Source of the DNA: Sphingomonas sp.
GTDB lineage: Bacteria > Pseudomonadota > Alphaproteobacteria > Sphingomonadales > Sphingomonadaceae
NCBI RefSeq assembly: GCF_036387595.1
Contig: NZ_DASVTL010000117.1
Coordinates: 18,573 to 82,572, forward strand
Direction of reading: 5' to 3'
DNA: 64,000 bases
How positions within the stretch are numbered: the stretch's first letter is position 1; each line of letters starts with the position of its first letter. The position numbers were made by a program, and so were the translations under genes. Of the stretch, positions 57,243 to 64,000 are shown piece after piece. The notes under the pieces are model-generated. The model was given only the letters and a program-made list of their open reading frames with translations. It ran no database searches and had not been told where the DNA came from.

Positions 57243-59773
57243 GGCTGAACCTGCTCCAGAAAATCGCCGGCGAGCGCACGGACCTCAGCCGCCGATCCGG
57301 CCGCCAGCGCGCGCGCCGCATGGTCGCGACATGCCGGGACCGACAGGCGCCGGATCAGCGCCTTGATCTCGGGCACCAGTGCCGGGGTGGACGACAGTTC
57401 CGTCACCCCCAGGCCGATCAGGATGGGCACCGCGAGCGGATCGGAGGCGAGACCGCCGCACACCCCGGTCCAGCGCTGCGCGACGGCGGCCGCGGTACAT
57501 GTCGCTGCGATCAGCCGCAGCACGGCGGGGTGCAGACCATCGACACCGCCGGCGACCGCGGGATTCCCGCGATCCATCGCCAGCGCATATTGCGTCAGAT
57601 CGTTGGTGCCGATCGAAAGGAAGTCGGCTTCGGCGGCGAGCAGGTCCGCGATCAAGGCCGCGGCAGGCGTCTCCACCATGATGCCGAGTTCGACCGGCTC
57701 GGCGACCGCCATCTCGATGCGCAGCCGATCGAGCACCGCGCGGACCGCACGCAATTCGCCCAGATCGGACACCATCGGCACCATGATCCGGCACTGGCCA
57801 ATGGGGCGCACCGCCAGGATGGCGCGAAGCTGGGTTTCGAGCACATCCGGATGGGCCAGGCCGACACGGATGCCGCGCACGCCGAGCGCGGGGTTTTCCT
57901 CGACCGGCATCGCCAGATAGGGCGCGGGCTTGTCGCCGCCGATGTCGAGGAGCCGCACGATCAGCGGTCGTCCCGCCAGCGCCTCCGCGATCGCCTGGTA
58001 ATCCGCGGTCTGCTCGGCGGCCGTGGGCGCGGCGTCGCGTTCCAGGAAGAGGAATTCGGTGCGCAGCAGTCCGCATCCTTCCGCGCCATTGGCGACGGCG
58101 AGCTGCGCGTCCGCCAGCGATCCGAGATTGGCAAAAGCCTCGATCCGGATGCCGTCGCGGGTGCGGCTCTCCTGCGCCGCCGCGGCATGAGCGGACGCCT
58201 TGGCCGCGGCGCGGGCGGTGATCTGCTTGCGGGTGGAGGCGATCAGATCGGGGGCCGGATCGACGATGACATGCCCCGCATCGGCATGCAGGATCATCGG
58301 CGTGCCGTCCGGGATCGTGTCGATGGCGGCGCCCATGGCGACCAGGGCGGGCAGGCCCAGCCCAGCCGCCAGGATCGCGACATGCGACGTCGGCCCGCCG
58401 CGCGCGGTGCACAGGCCGGCTATGCCGTCGGTGTCCATGCCGACGAGCTGGGACGGCAAGAGATCGTCGGCGATCAGGATGCACCCCGGCGGCAAAGCGA
58501 CTGCCGTCTCGGCCACGCCAGCCAAGGCGCGCAACACCTGGCCCTCTACATCGTGCAGATCGGCCACGCGCTCCATCATGCGAGCGTTGCCCGATCCGGT
58601 CAGCACCGCGACCTGCGCCGCAATCGCCAACTGCCAGCCGCGGCCCGCACTTTCCCCGGCAGCGATGTGACGCATTGCTGTCTCACGCAGGGCGGGATCG
58701 TCGAGAAAGGCCAGGTGCGCCGCCATGATCCCCGAGGCCGTTGAGTCGGCCTGCTCCATTCGCCGGGAAAGGCGGGCGGATACGGTGGCGATCGCGTCGT
58801 CGATCCGGCGCTGCTCGATCAGCGCGTCATCCGCTTCGTCGGCGACGACGACCTCCGCGATGCGCAAGCGGAACGCCGTGCCAATCGCGAGTCCGGGTGC
58901 CGCCGTCACCCCGCGCAACGCGCCGTCGGGAAGCATCTTGATCGGCATCGCGAAGCCGGGGGCTTGCGTACCGGGGCGGGCAGCCGGAATGGCAGCGTTG
59001 ACGCCTTCACCCATGCCGCTCTCGATCAGCGCGGCCACCGTCGCGACGGCCTCTGCACCCTCGACGCCGCCGGCCTCGATCGTGATGGTTTCGCCGTAGC
59101 CGATGCCCAGCGCCAGGAGGGCGACAGCGCTGCGGGCGTCGCCCCGCCTTTCGCCGCTCACCAGCGCGACGTCGGCGGACAGATGCTTGATGGCGCCGCC
59201 GATCCGCGCCGCCGGACGTGCGTGGATGCCATGCGCCAGCGGCACGGTGACGCTGCGGCTATGTTCCGCGAAGGCGCTTGCGGACCCCGCAGGCGCGTCA
59301 TCACGAGCGGCCAGGATCATCAGCATGTCGCCGACGTTGACCGCGCATTCGTCGCAGCGTTCGACGATGCTGAAGCGATCGGGATTGGTGACGATGATCG
59401 GCGTAACGAGGCTCGGCGCGCGTGCGGCCAAAGCGTCGATGTCGAACGCGATCAGCGGGGCGCCCCGGGTCACCTGCTCCCCTTCGCGCACCAGCGGGCT
59501 GAAGCCCCGGCCCGCCAGCCCGACCGTATCCATGCCGATGTGCATCAGGATCTCGGCGCCTTCGCGCGTGCGCAGCGTCAGCGCATGACCGGCGGCGTGG
59601 AGCGTCAGCACCATGCCGTCGCACGGCGCGTGGAGAACCGATCCCAGGGGGTCGATGGCGATGCCGTCGCCCAGCATCCGCTCTGCAAACACCGCATCGG
59701 GAACGTCGTCGAGCCGGGTCGCCCACCCCTTTAGCGGCGCACTCAGGATCACGCGGCTCGCCGGATCAGCCAT
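57239..59773 (-). CDS. Multidomain PTS protein EIIA(Glc-type)-HPr-Enzyme I
   Basis: Within ORF 57239..59821, the start is ATG 59773. The EIIA domain has FAERMLGDGIAIDP...MHIGMDTV. The HPr domain has GIHARPAARI. The EI domain has GGPTSHVAILAAGLGLPA. Confidence 0.9.
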   Translation of the reverse strand: MADPASRVILSAPLKGWATRLDDVPDAVFAERMLGDGIAIDPLGSVLHAPCDGMVLTLHAAGHALTLRTREGAEILMHIGMDTVGLAGRGFSPLVREGEQVTRGAPLIAFDIDALAARAPSLVTPIIVTNPDRFSIVERCDECAVNVGDMLMILAARDDAPAGSASAFAEHSRSVTVPLAHGIHARPAARIGGAIKHLSADVALVSGERRGDARSAVALLALGIGYGETITIEAGGVEGAEAVATVAALIESGMGEGVNAAIPAARPGTQAPGFAMPIKMLPDGALRGVTAAPGLAIGTAFRLRIAEVVVADEADDALIEQRRIDDAIATVSARLSRRMEQADSTASGIMAAHLAFLDDPALRETAMRHIAAGESAGRGWQLAIAAQVAVLTGSGNARMMERVADLHDVEGQVLRALAGVAETAVALPPGCILIADDLLPSQLVGMDTDGIAGLCTARGGPTSHVAILAAGLGLPALVAMGAAIDTIPDGTPMILHADAGHVIVDPAPDLIASTRKQITARAAAKASAHAAAAQESRTRDGIRIEAFANLGSLADAQLAVANGAEGCGLLRTEFLFLERDAAPTAAEQTADYQAIAEALAGRPLIVRLLDIGGDKPAPYLAMPVEENPALGVRGIRVGLAHPDVLETQLRAILAVRPIGQCRIMVPMVSDLGELRAVRAVLDRLRIEMAVAEPVELGIMVETPAAALIADLLAAEADFLSIGTNDLTQYALAMDRGNPAVAGGVDGLHPAVLRLIAATCTAAAVAQRWTGVCGGLASDPLAVPILIGLGVTELSSTPALVPEIKALIRRLSVPACRDHAARALAAGSAAEVRALAGDFLEQVQP

Positions 59774-60902
59774 CGACCCGCTGCCCGCCGATCCAGGTGC
59801 CGCGCGGGTGCAGATCGGCATCGAGCCACACCCAATCCGCGCGCTGCCCCGGTGCCAGCGTGCCGTGCCGGTCGGACAGACTCAGGAACGCCGCTGGTGC
59901 CCCCGCCGCCATCATCGACGCGGTCTCCGGCGCGACGCCGATCAGCCGCACCGCGTTGCGCACTGCGGCCGCCATGTCGAGGTCGGCTCCCGCGAGCGTC
60001 CCATCGTCGTCCTGCAGGGTGCCGCCCGCGACGTTGATCGACTTGCCCTGTAGCATGAACGAATCGGCGGTGGTGCCGATGTTGGGCATCGCATCGGTCA
60101 CCAGCATGAACTTGGCCGGGTTCTTGGCGCGCAACGCGATCCGCAGCGCGACCGGATCGACATGGACGCCATCGACGATCAACCCGCACCAGCTGTCGGG
60201 ATCGTCCAAGGCGGCACCAACGACGCCCGGCGCCCGGTGAAGCAGCGGAGACATCGCGTTGAACAGATGCGTGAAGCCGCGCAGGCCCGCGGCCAGCGCG
60301 CGTACGACCGTCGCGTGATCGGCGTTGCTATGCCCGGCGCTGACAATCACGCCAGCGTCCGCCAGCCGGCGGATATCCGCCGGATCGCACAGTTCGGGCG
60401 CCAGCGTCAGCATCACCTTGCCCGCCCGTGGCCGGGTCAGCAGAGCCAGCGCCTGCTCGTCCAGCCGCCGCAGCTTGGCGGCATCGTGGATGCCCTTCCG
60501 CGCGACGTTGAGGAACGGCCCCTCGATATGGACGCCGAGCACGCCGGGCACCCCGGCCGCAATGGCCGCATCGGCCGCGTCGAGCGCCGCGGCGATACGA
60601 TCCATGTCGTCGCTGATGAGGGTCGGCAGGAAACCGGTCGTGCCGAAGGCGGCGTGCGCCGCGCCGATCGCGGCGATCCCGCCCACGCTGATGTCGTCGT
60701 TGAACAGTACGCCGCCGCCACCGTTGACCTGCGTGTCGATGAAGCCGGGCATCAGCCATCCGCCCTCGAGATCGAGGGCGTCGCCGCCGTCGCCGGGCGC
60801 GCCGATCGCGGCGATGGTGGCATCGCGCACGCTCAGCGTCGCGGCCTCCAGCAACCCTTGCGAAGTCACGATCCGGCCGTTGGCGATGGCGAAGCGGGTC
60901 AT
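59766..60902 (-). CDS. nagA: N-acetylglucosamine-6-phosphate deacetylase
   Basis: Within ORF 59766..61652, ATG at 60902 has an ATGA overlap. GGWLMPGFIDTQVNGGGGVLFND and GVHIEGPF motifs are present. Confidence 0.9.
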   Translation of the reverse strand: MTRFAIANGRIVTSQGLLEAATLSVRDATIAAIGAPGDGGDALDLEGGWLMPGFIDTQVNGGGGVLFNDDISVGGIAAIGAAHAAFGTTGFLPTLISDDMDRIAAALDAADAAIAAGVPGVLGVHIEGPFLNVARKGIHDAAKLRRLDEQALALLTRPRAGKVMLTLAPELCDPADIRRLADAGVIVSAGHSNADHATVVRALAAGLRGFTHLFNAMSPLLHRAPGVVGAALDDPDSWCGLIVDGVHVDPVALRIALRAKNPAKFMLVTDAMPNIGTTADSFMLQGKSINVAGGTLQDDDGTLAGADLDMAAAVRNAVRLIGVAPETASMMAAGAPAAFLSLSDRHGTLAPGQRADWVWLDADLHPRGTWIGGQRVDG

Positions 60903-61972
60903 AGCGTGTTCGTCACCTTGTTCAGGTGCGGCGGCGCATCGGGGTTCAGGCCGCGCGCGACCGACAGTCGGGCGGCCATGCGATAGAAGCTCTGGAGCAT
61001 CAGGATCGGCTCGGTCGCGGGATGCGTGCGGATCGCCGGGAGCAGCGCGAGCGGATTGTCGCCTGCGGCATCCGCAAGACACAGGCCGGCGCCGCGCGCG
61101 ACGAAAGCCTTCGCCATCTCTCGCACGGCATCGCCGGCCTTGTCGGACGTCGCAAAGCCGATCACGGGAAAACCGGCCCCGACGATCGCCATCGGCCCGT
61201 GCTTCACCTCCGCAGCGCTGAACGCCTCGGCATGGAGGGCGCAGGTTTCCTTCAGCTTCAGCGCGGCTTCCTGCGCAATGCCATAGCCATAGCCGCGGCC
61301 GATCACGAACAGGTTGCGCGCATCCATAAGCAGGGGCAGCGCCGCGCCCCAATCGAGCGCGAAGGCGCGCGGCAGCTGCTCCGGCAGCGCGGCCAGCCCC
61401 GCGTGCAGATCGGCATCGTCGCTCCACGCGGCGGCGAGTGCCGCCAGCCCAGCGAGCGAGGCGATGCACGATTTCGTCGCTGCGACGGACAGTTCGGGCC
61501 CCGCCATTAACGGCAGCACCTCGTCCGCCAACCCCGCCAGCGGCGATGCCGCATCGTTGACCAGCGCCACGACGAACGCACCGGAGGCGGCCTGCGCCTC
61601 GACCGCGGCAAGCAGGTCCGGGCTGCGGCCGGATTGCGATATGGCGACGCACAGCTTGGCACCCGCCGCGACCGGCGCCGCATAGACCGACGACACCGAT
61701 GGCGCGACCGTGGCGGTGGGCACGCCCAGCAGCGTTTCGAAAAGATACTTGCCGTAAGTCGCCGCATGGTCCGACGATCCGCGCGCGACCGTCACCACCA
61801 CCGCCGGCGGGGCCGCGCGCAGGCTGGCGCCGAGCCGCGCCAGCGCTGTGGCATTGGCGTCAAGGAACCGGCCGACCGCCGCGCCGGCTTCGCCCGCTTC
61901 GGTGTGCATCAAGGTGTCCTGCGCGCGAAGCGGCGCTGCGTGGCTGTCGGTCAAATGGGCCTCAGATGTCAT
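60899..61972 (-). CDS. nagB: SIS-domain glucosamine-6-phosphate deaminase (NagB-II type)
   Basis: Two SIS domains are present (VVVTVARGSSDHAATYGKYLFE..., FVIGRGYGYGIAQEAALKLKET). The gene lies within the nag operon. Confidence 0.8.
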   Translation of the reverse strand: MTSEAHLTDSHAAPLRAQDTLMHTEAGEAGAAVGRFLDANATALARLGASLRAAPPAVVVTVARGSSDHAATYGKYLFETLLGVPTATVAPSVSSVYAAPVAAGAKLCVAISQSGRSPDLLAAVEAQAASGAFVVALVNDAASPLAGLADEVLPLMAGPELSVAATKSCIASLAGLAALAAAWSDDADLHAGLAALPEQLPRAFALDWGAALPLLMDARNLFVIGRGYGYGIAQEAALKLKETCALHAEAFSAAEVKHGPMAIVGAGFPVIGFATSDKAGDAVREMAKAFVARGAGLCLADAAGDNPLALLPAIRTHPATEPILMLQSFYRMAARLSVARGLNPDAPPHLNKVTNTL

Positions 61973-62699
61973 TCAGTTCGGCGACGAGATCATAGGCGTC
62001 GCCGCGATAATAGGATTGGGTGAATTCGGCCGTCCGCCCATCGCGCAGGAAGCCGCGGCGCTCGATGAACAGCCCGGCATGGCCGGGTTCCACGCCCAGC
62101 GCGCGCGCCTGGTCGGCGGGAAAGGCGAGCGCGCGCAGGCGCTGCAACGCGCGCACCGGGCGATTGCCCGCCGCCTCCAGCGCCGCATAGAGCGATTCCT
62201 CCACCGCCGCGGCCGACGGCAGGCAATATCCCGCGATGGTCGAATATTCGAGCGCCATCGGCACCGCATCGGCATAGCGGATGCGCTGGAACCGATACAC
62301 CGGCGTGCCCGGCGAAAGGCCGAGCGACAGCGCTTCCTCAGGCGTCACCGTGCCGGCCGTGCGGCTGATCCAGCTGTTGCTCGGCGTGCGTCCGCGCGAT
62401 GCCATGTCTTCGGAAAAGGACGAGAGCTTGGAAAAGTTCTTCTCCACGCGCGCCGAGACGAACGTGCCCGCGCCGCGGCGCCGGGTCAGCAGGCCTTCGT
62501 CGACCAGCCCGGTCAGCGCCTTGCGCACGGTGATCCGCGACACCTTATACTCGGTGGCCAGATCGCGCTCGGCGGGAATCGCGTCGTCCTGGCTCAGCAC
62601 GCTGCCGTTGATGGCATCGCGGATGAGTTGCTGGAGCTGCACATAGAGCGGCGCGGGATTGTCATCCCGCAAGTCCCCCACCAGACCGGCGAACGGCAT
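61962..62699 (-). CDS. nagQ: GntR/HutC-family regulator of GlcNAc utilisation (NagQ type)
   Basis: ORF 61962..62723 starts at TTG; ATG at 62699 is preferred. YVQLQQLIRDAINGSVLSQDDAIPAERDLATEYKVSRITVRKALTGL forms the wHTH, followed by a UTRA C-domain. Confidence 0.85.
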   Translation of the reverse strand: MPFAGLVGDLRDDNPAPLYVQLQQLIRDAINGSVLSQDDAIPAERDLATEYKVSRITVRKALTGLVDEGLLTRRRGAGTFVSARVEKNFSKLSSFSEDMASRGRTPSNSWISRTAGTVTPEEALSLGLSPGTPVYRFQRIRYADAVPMALEYSTIAGYCLPSAAAVEESLYAALEAAGNRPVRALQRLRALAFPADQARALGVEPGHAGLFIERRGFLRDGRTAEFTQSYYRGDAYDLVAELNDI

Positions 62700-62761
62700 G
62701 AAGCTCAACCCCCCTTCGAGCAATAGCCGGATCGATACGGTGCCGATCCGCTGACCGCAAT

Positions 62762-62779
62762 AGGTATTCTATTGGTCAT
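62762..62779. promoter_or_regulatory. NagQ-box-like direct repeat upstream of nagQ
   Basis: AGGTATT-CTAT-TGGTCAT on the + strand (7-bp repeats, 4-bp spacer), 63-80 nt upstream of the nagQ ATG. It overlaps the cutC stop codon. Confidence 0.45.
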
Positions 62780-63530
62780 GAAAACTTGCATCCAGAGCCA
62801 GGCGCAAGGCCCGAACGTCTGCCAGGCTGGTCTGCCTCGCCGTCGCGCCAAAACCGAGCGTTACCGCACGATCGTCCTCCGCATCCCGGGCGACAGCATC
62901 GGCGCGGCACGACGCGTGGACGGCGCCGACTCCGGTGGCGTCGATCAAAGCGCGGACGTTCGCCGCATCGACGCCGGCGCCCGCGACGATCTCGCATCGG
63001 TCGGCGGCGCGCCGACGCATCGCCGCGAGACAGGCGCTGCCCGCGCGCGCGCTCGTGGCGCCGCCTGCGCTGAGAACCCGGTCGAACCCCAGCGCGATGG
63101 CGTGATCGAGCGCCGCGAGCGGATCGGCACAAAGGTCGATCGCGCGGTGGAGCGTCGTCCTGAGCGGTATGCCGCGGCGTGCTTCGCTGGTGCGGACGGT
63201 CTGCATCAATCGCGCCAGCACCGCGCGGTCGAGGCCGCCGGCGCCATCGGTCGCGCCGAACACGACGCCTTCCACTCCCGCCGCGGCCATAAGCACGATC
63301 TCGTTGACCATGATGCAAAGCGTGGCTTCGTCATAACGAAAGCCACCCTCATGCGGCCGGATCATCGCGACCACCGGCACCGCCGCCTTCACTGCGATGT
63401 CGACCAGCCCGGCCGAAGGGGTCAGTCCCCCGAGCGACAAGGCCGCGCAAAGCTCGACTCGATCCGCGCCGCCGGCAACCGCGGCGGCGACACCGGCAGG
63501 CGTATCCACGCATATTTCCAGAATTGGCAT
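62769..63530 (-). CDS. cutC: CutC-family protein
   Basis: Within ORF 62769..63611, ATG at 63530 gives MPILEICVDTPAGVAAAVAGGADRVELCAALSLGGLTPS, followed by a TIM-barrel-like remainder. Confidence 0.85.
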   Translation of the reverse strand: MPILEICVDTPAGVAAAVAGGADRVELCAALSLGGLTPSAGLVDIAVKAAVPVVAMIRPHEGGFRYDEATLCIMVNEIVLMAAAGVEGVVFGATDGAGGLDRAVLARLMQTVRTSEARRGIPLRTTLHRAIDLCADPLAALDHAIALGFDRVLSAGGATSARAGSACLAAMRRRAADRCEIVAGAGVDAANVRALIDATGVGAVHASCRADAVARDAEDDRAVTLGFGATARQTSLADVRALRLALDASFHDQ

Positions 63531-63815
63531 CGAACATCTCGCAAGGATTCGCAACGATCCGCCCATCGACGATCGACGAATCGGGCCTCTGGTCTTACTT
63601 CGGCGCAACAAAGTTCCGGGTCAATCGGCTTGGATCATGGCGCTTGTCTCACGTTCGGAACGGGGTCGGCCGGCGACGAGGGAGCAACAACACAGGAAAG
63701 ACAAGACGATAGGCGCCTGCCTTGGCGCAAAATCGAACTGCAACGAAGCTGAAATTTTTCGTAGCGCAACGGAAACGAATTGGTTACGTATCGTCAAGAC
63801 CAAACGCTTCCGGGC

Positions 63816-63833
63816 AATACCAATCGGTAGCCA
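63816..63833. promoter_or_regulatory. NagQ-box-like direct repeat upstream of the probable receptor gene
   Basis: AATACCA-ATCG-GTAGCCA on the + strand (reverse complement of TGGTATT-type repeats), 80-97 nt upstream of ATG 63913. Confidence 0.45.
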
Positions 63834-63912
63834 ATTACGGAGCGTCTCGCCGGACGGGCAAGCGGTCGAGGTACGAGGACGCGTCGATTCGGCGCATGAA
63901 GGGGGCTTCATC

Positions 63913-64000
63913 ATGGCGTATTCGCTCAAGCACAATCTGCTCTGGACCACCGGACTGGCCAGCGCCCTGCTGATCGGCACGGCCGCACAGGCACAGACCG
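63913..64000 (+). CDS. 5' end of a secreted protein, probably a TonB-dependent receptor (partial)
   Basis: MAYSLKHNLLWTTGLASALLIGTAAQAQT is a signal peptide ending in the AQAQ typical of the other receptors here. The ORF runs off the window. Confidence 0.45.
   Translation, partial: MAYSLKHNLLWTTGLASALLIGTAAQAQT

Overview
High-GC, gene-dense chromosomal segment. I infer an alphaproteobacterium of the Sphingomonas/Sphingomonadaceae type from four TonB-dependent receptors plus the 5' end of a probable fifth, a NagQ-type GlcNAc PTS locus, GGAAC..CGTT (EcfG-type) promoters and corrinoid salvage genes. I can support about 58 protein-coding genes, one cobalamin riboswitch and a few hairpins and operators. 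I found no rRNA, tRNA, CRISPR array or intact IS/transposase.

Module order:
- 1-4.1 kb: DUF3237 protein, GST, TonB receptor.
- 4.3-8 kb: DAPG-hydrolase-like protein, TPR/Asp-Asn beta-hydroxylase, small secreted Cys-loop protein, P-loop sulfotransferase-like protein.
- 8-16.4 kb: large TonB receptor, M23 peptidase, DUF2093, xseA and purD (divergent).
- 16.4-19.9 kb: fused circularly permuted ATP-grasp/alpha-E protein plus transglutaminase.
- 19.9-26.4 kb: small stress-type protein, CbpA-like J-protein, YihY, fabI, DUF4160/DUF2442 pair, aroC, Thr/Gly-rich secreted protein, purA.
- 26.6-30.6 kb: siderophore receptor, membrane protein, PepSY protein.
- 30.7-33.5 kb: long inverted repeat, mntR and mntH (divergent), outer-membrane barrel.
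- 33.5-45.2 kb: corrinoid salvage and nucleotide-loop genes, with a B12 riboswitch leading btuB-btuFCD-cobQ-cbiB-cobD.
- 45.4-55.5 kb: L-fuconate pathway, IclR, lldD, GH95, GH78.
- 55.5-64 kb: nagE, EIIA-HPr-EI, nagA, nagB-II, nagQ, cutC, and the start of another probable receptor.

Best candidates for uncharacterised biology:
1. The ATP-grasp/alpha-E/transglutaminase module.
2. The secreted Cys-loop peptide + TPR hydroxylase + sulfotransferase-like trio.
3. The DUF4160/DUF2442 pair wedged with start/stop overlaps between fabI and aroC.
4. A canonical general-stress promoter driving a Thr/Gly-rich secreted disordered protein.
5. A 33-bp-arm inverted repeat in the PepSY/mntR gap.
6. An outer-membrane barrel translationally coupled to mntH.

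All family assignments come from reading the translated ORFs against remembered family signatures. No database search was run.
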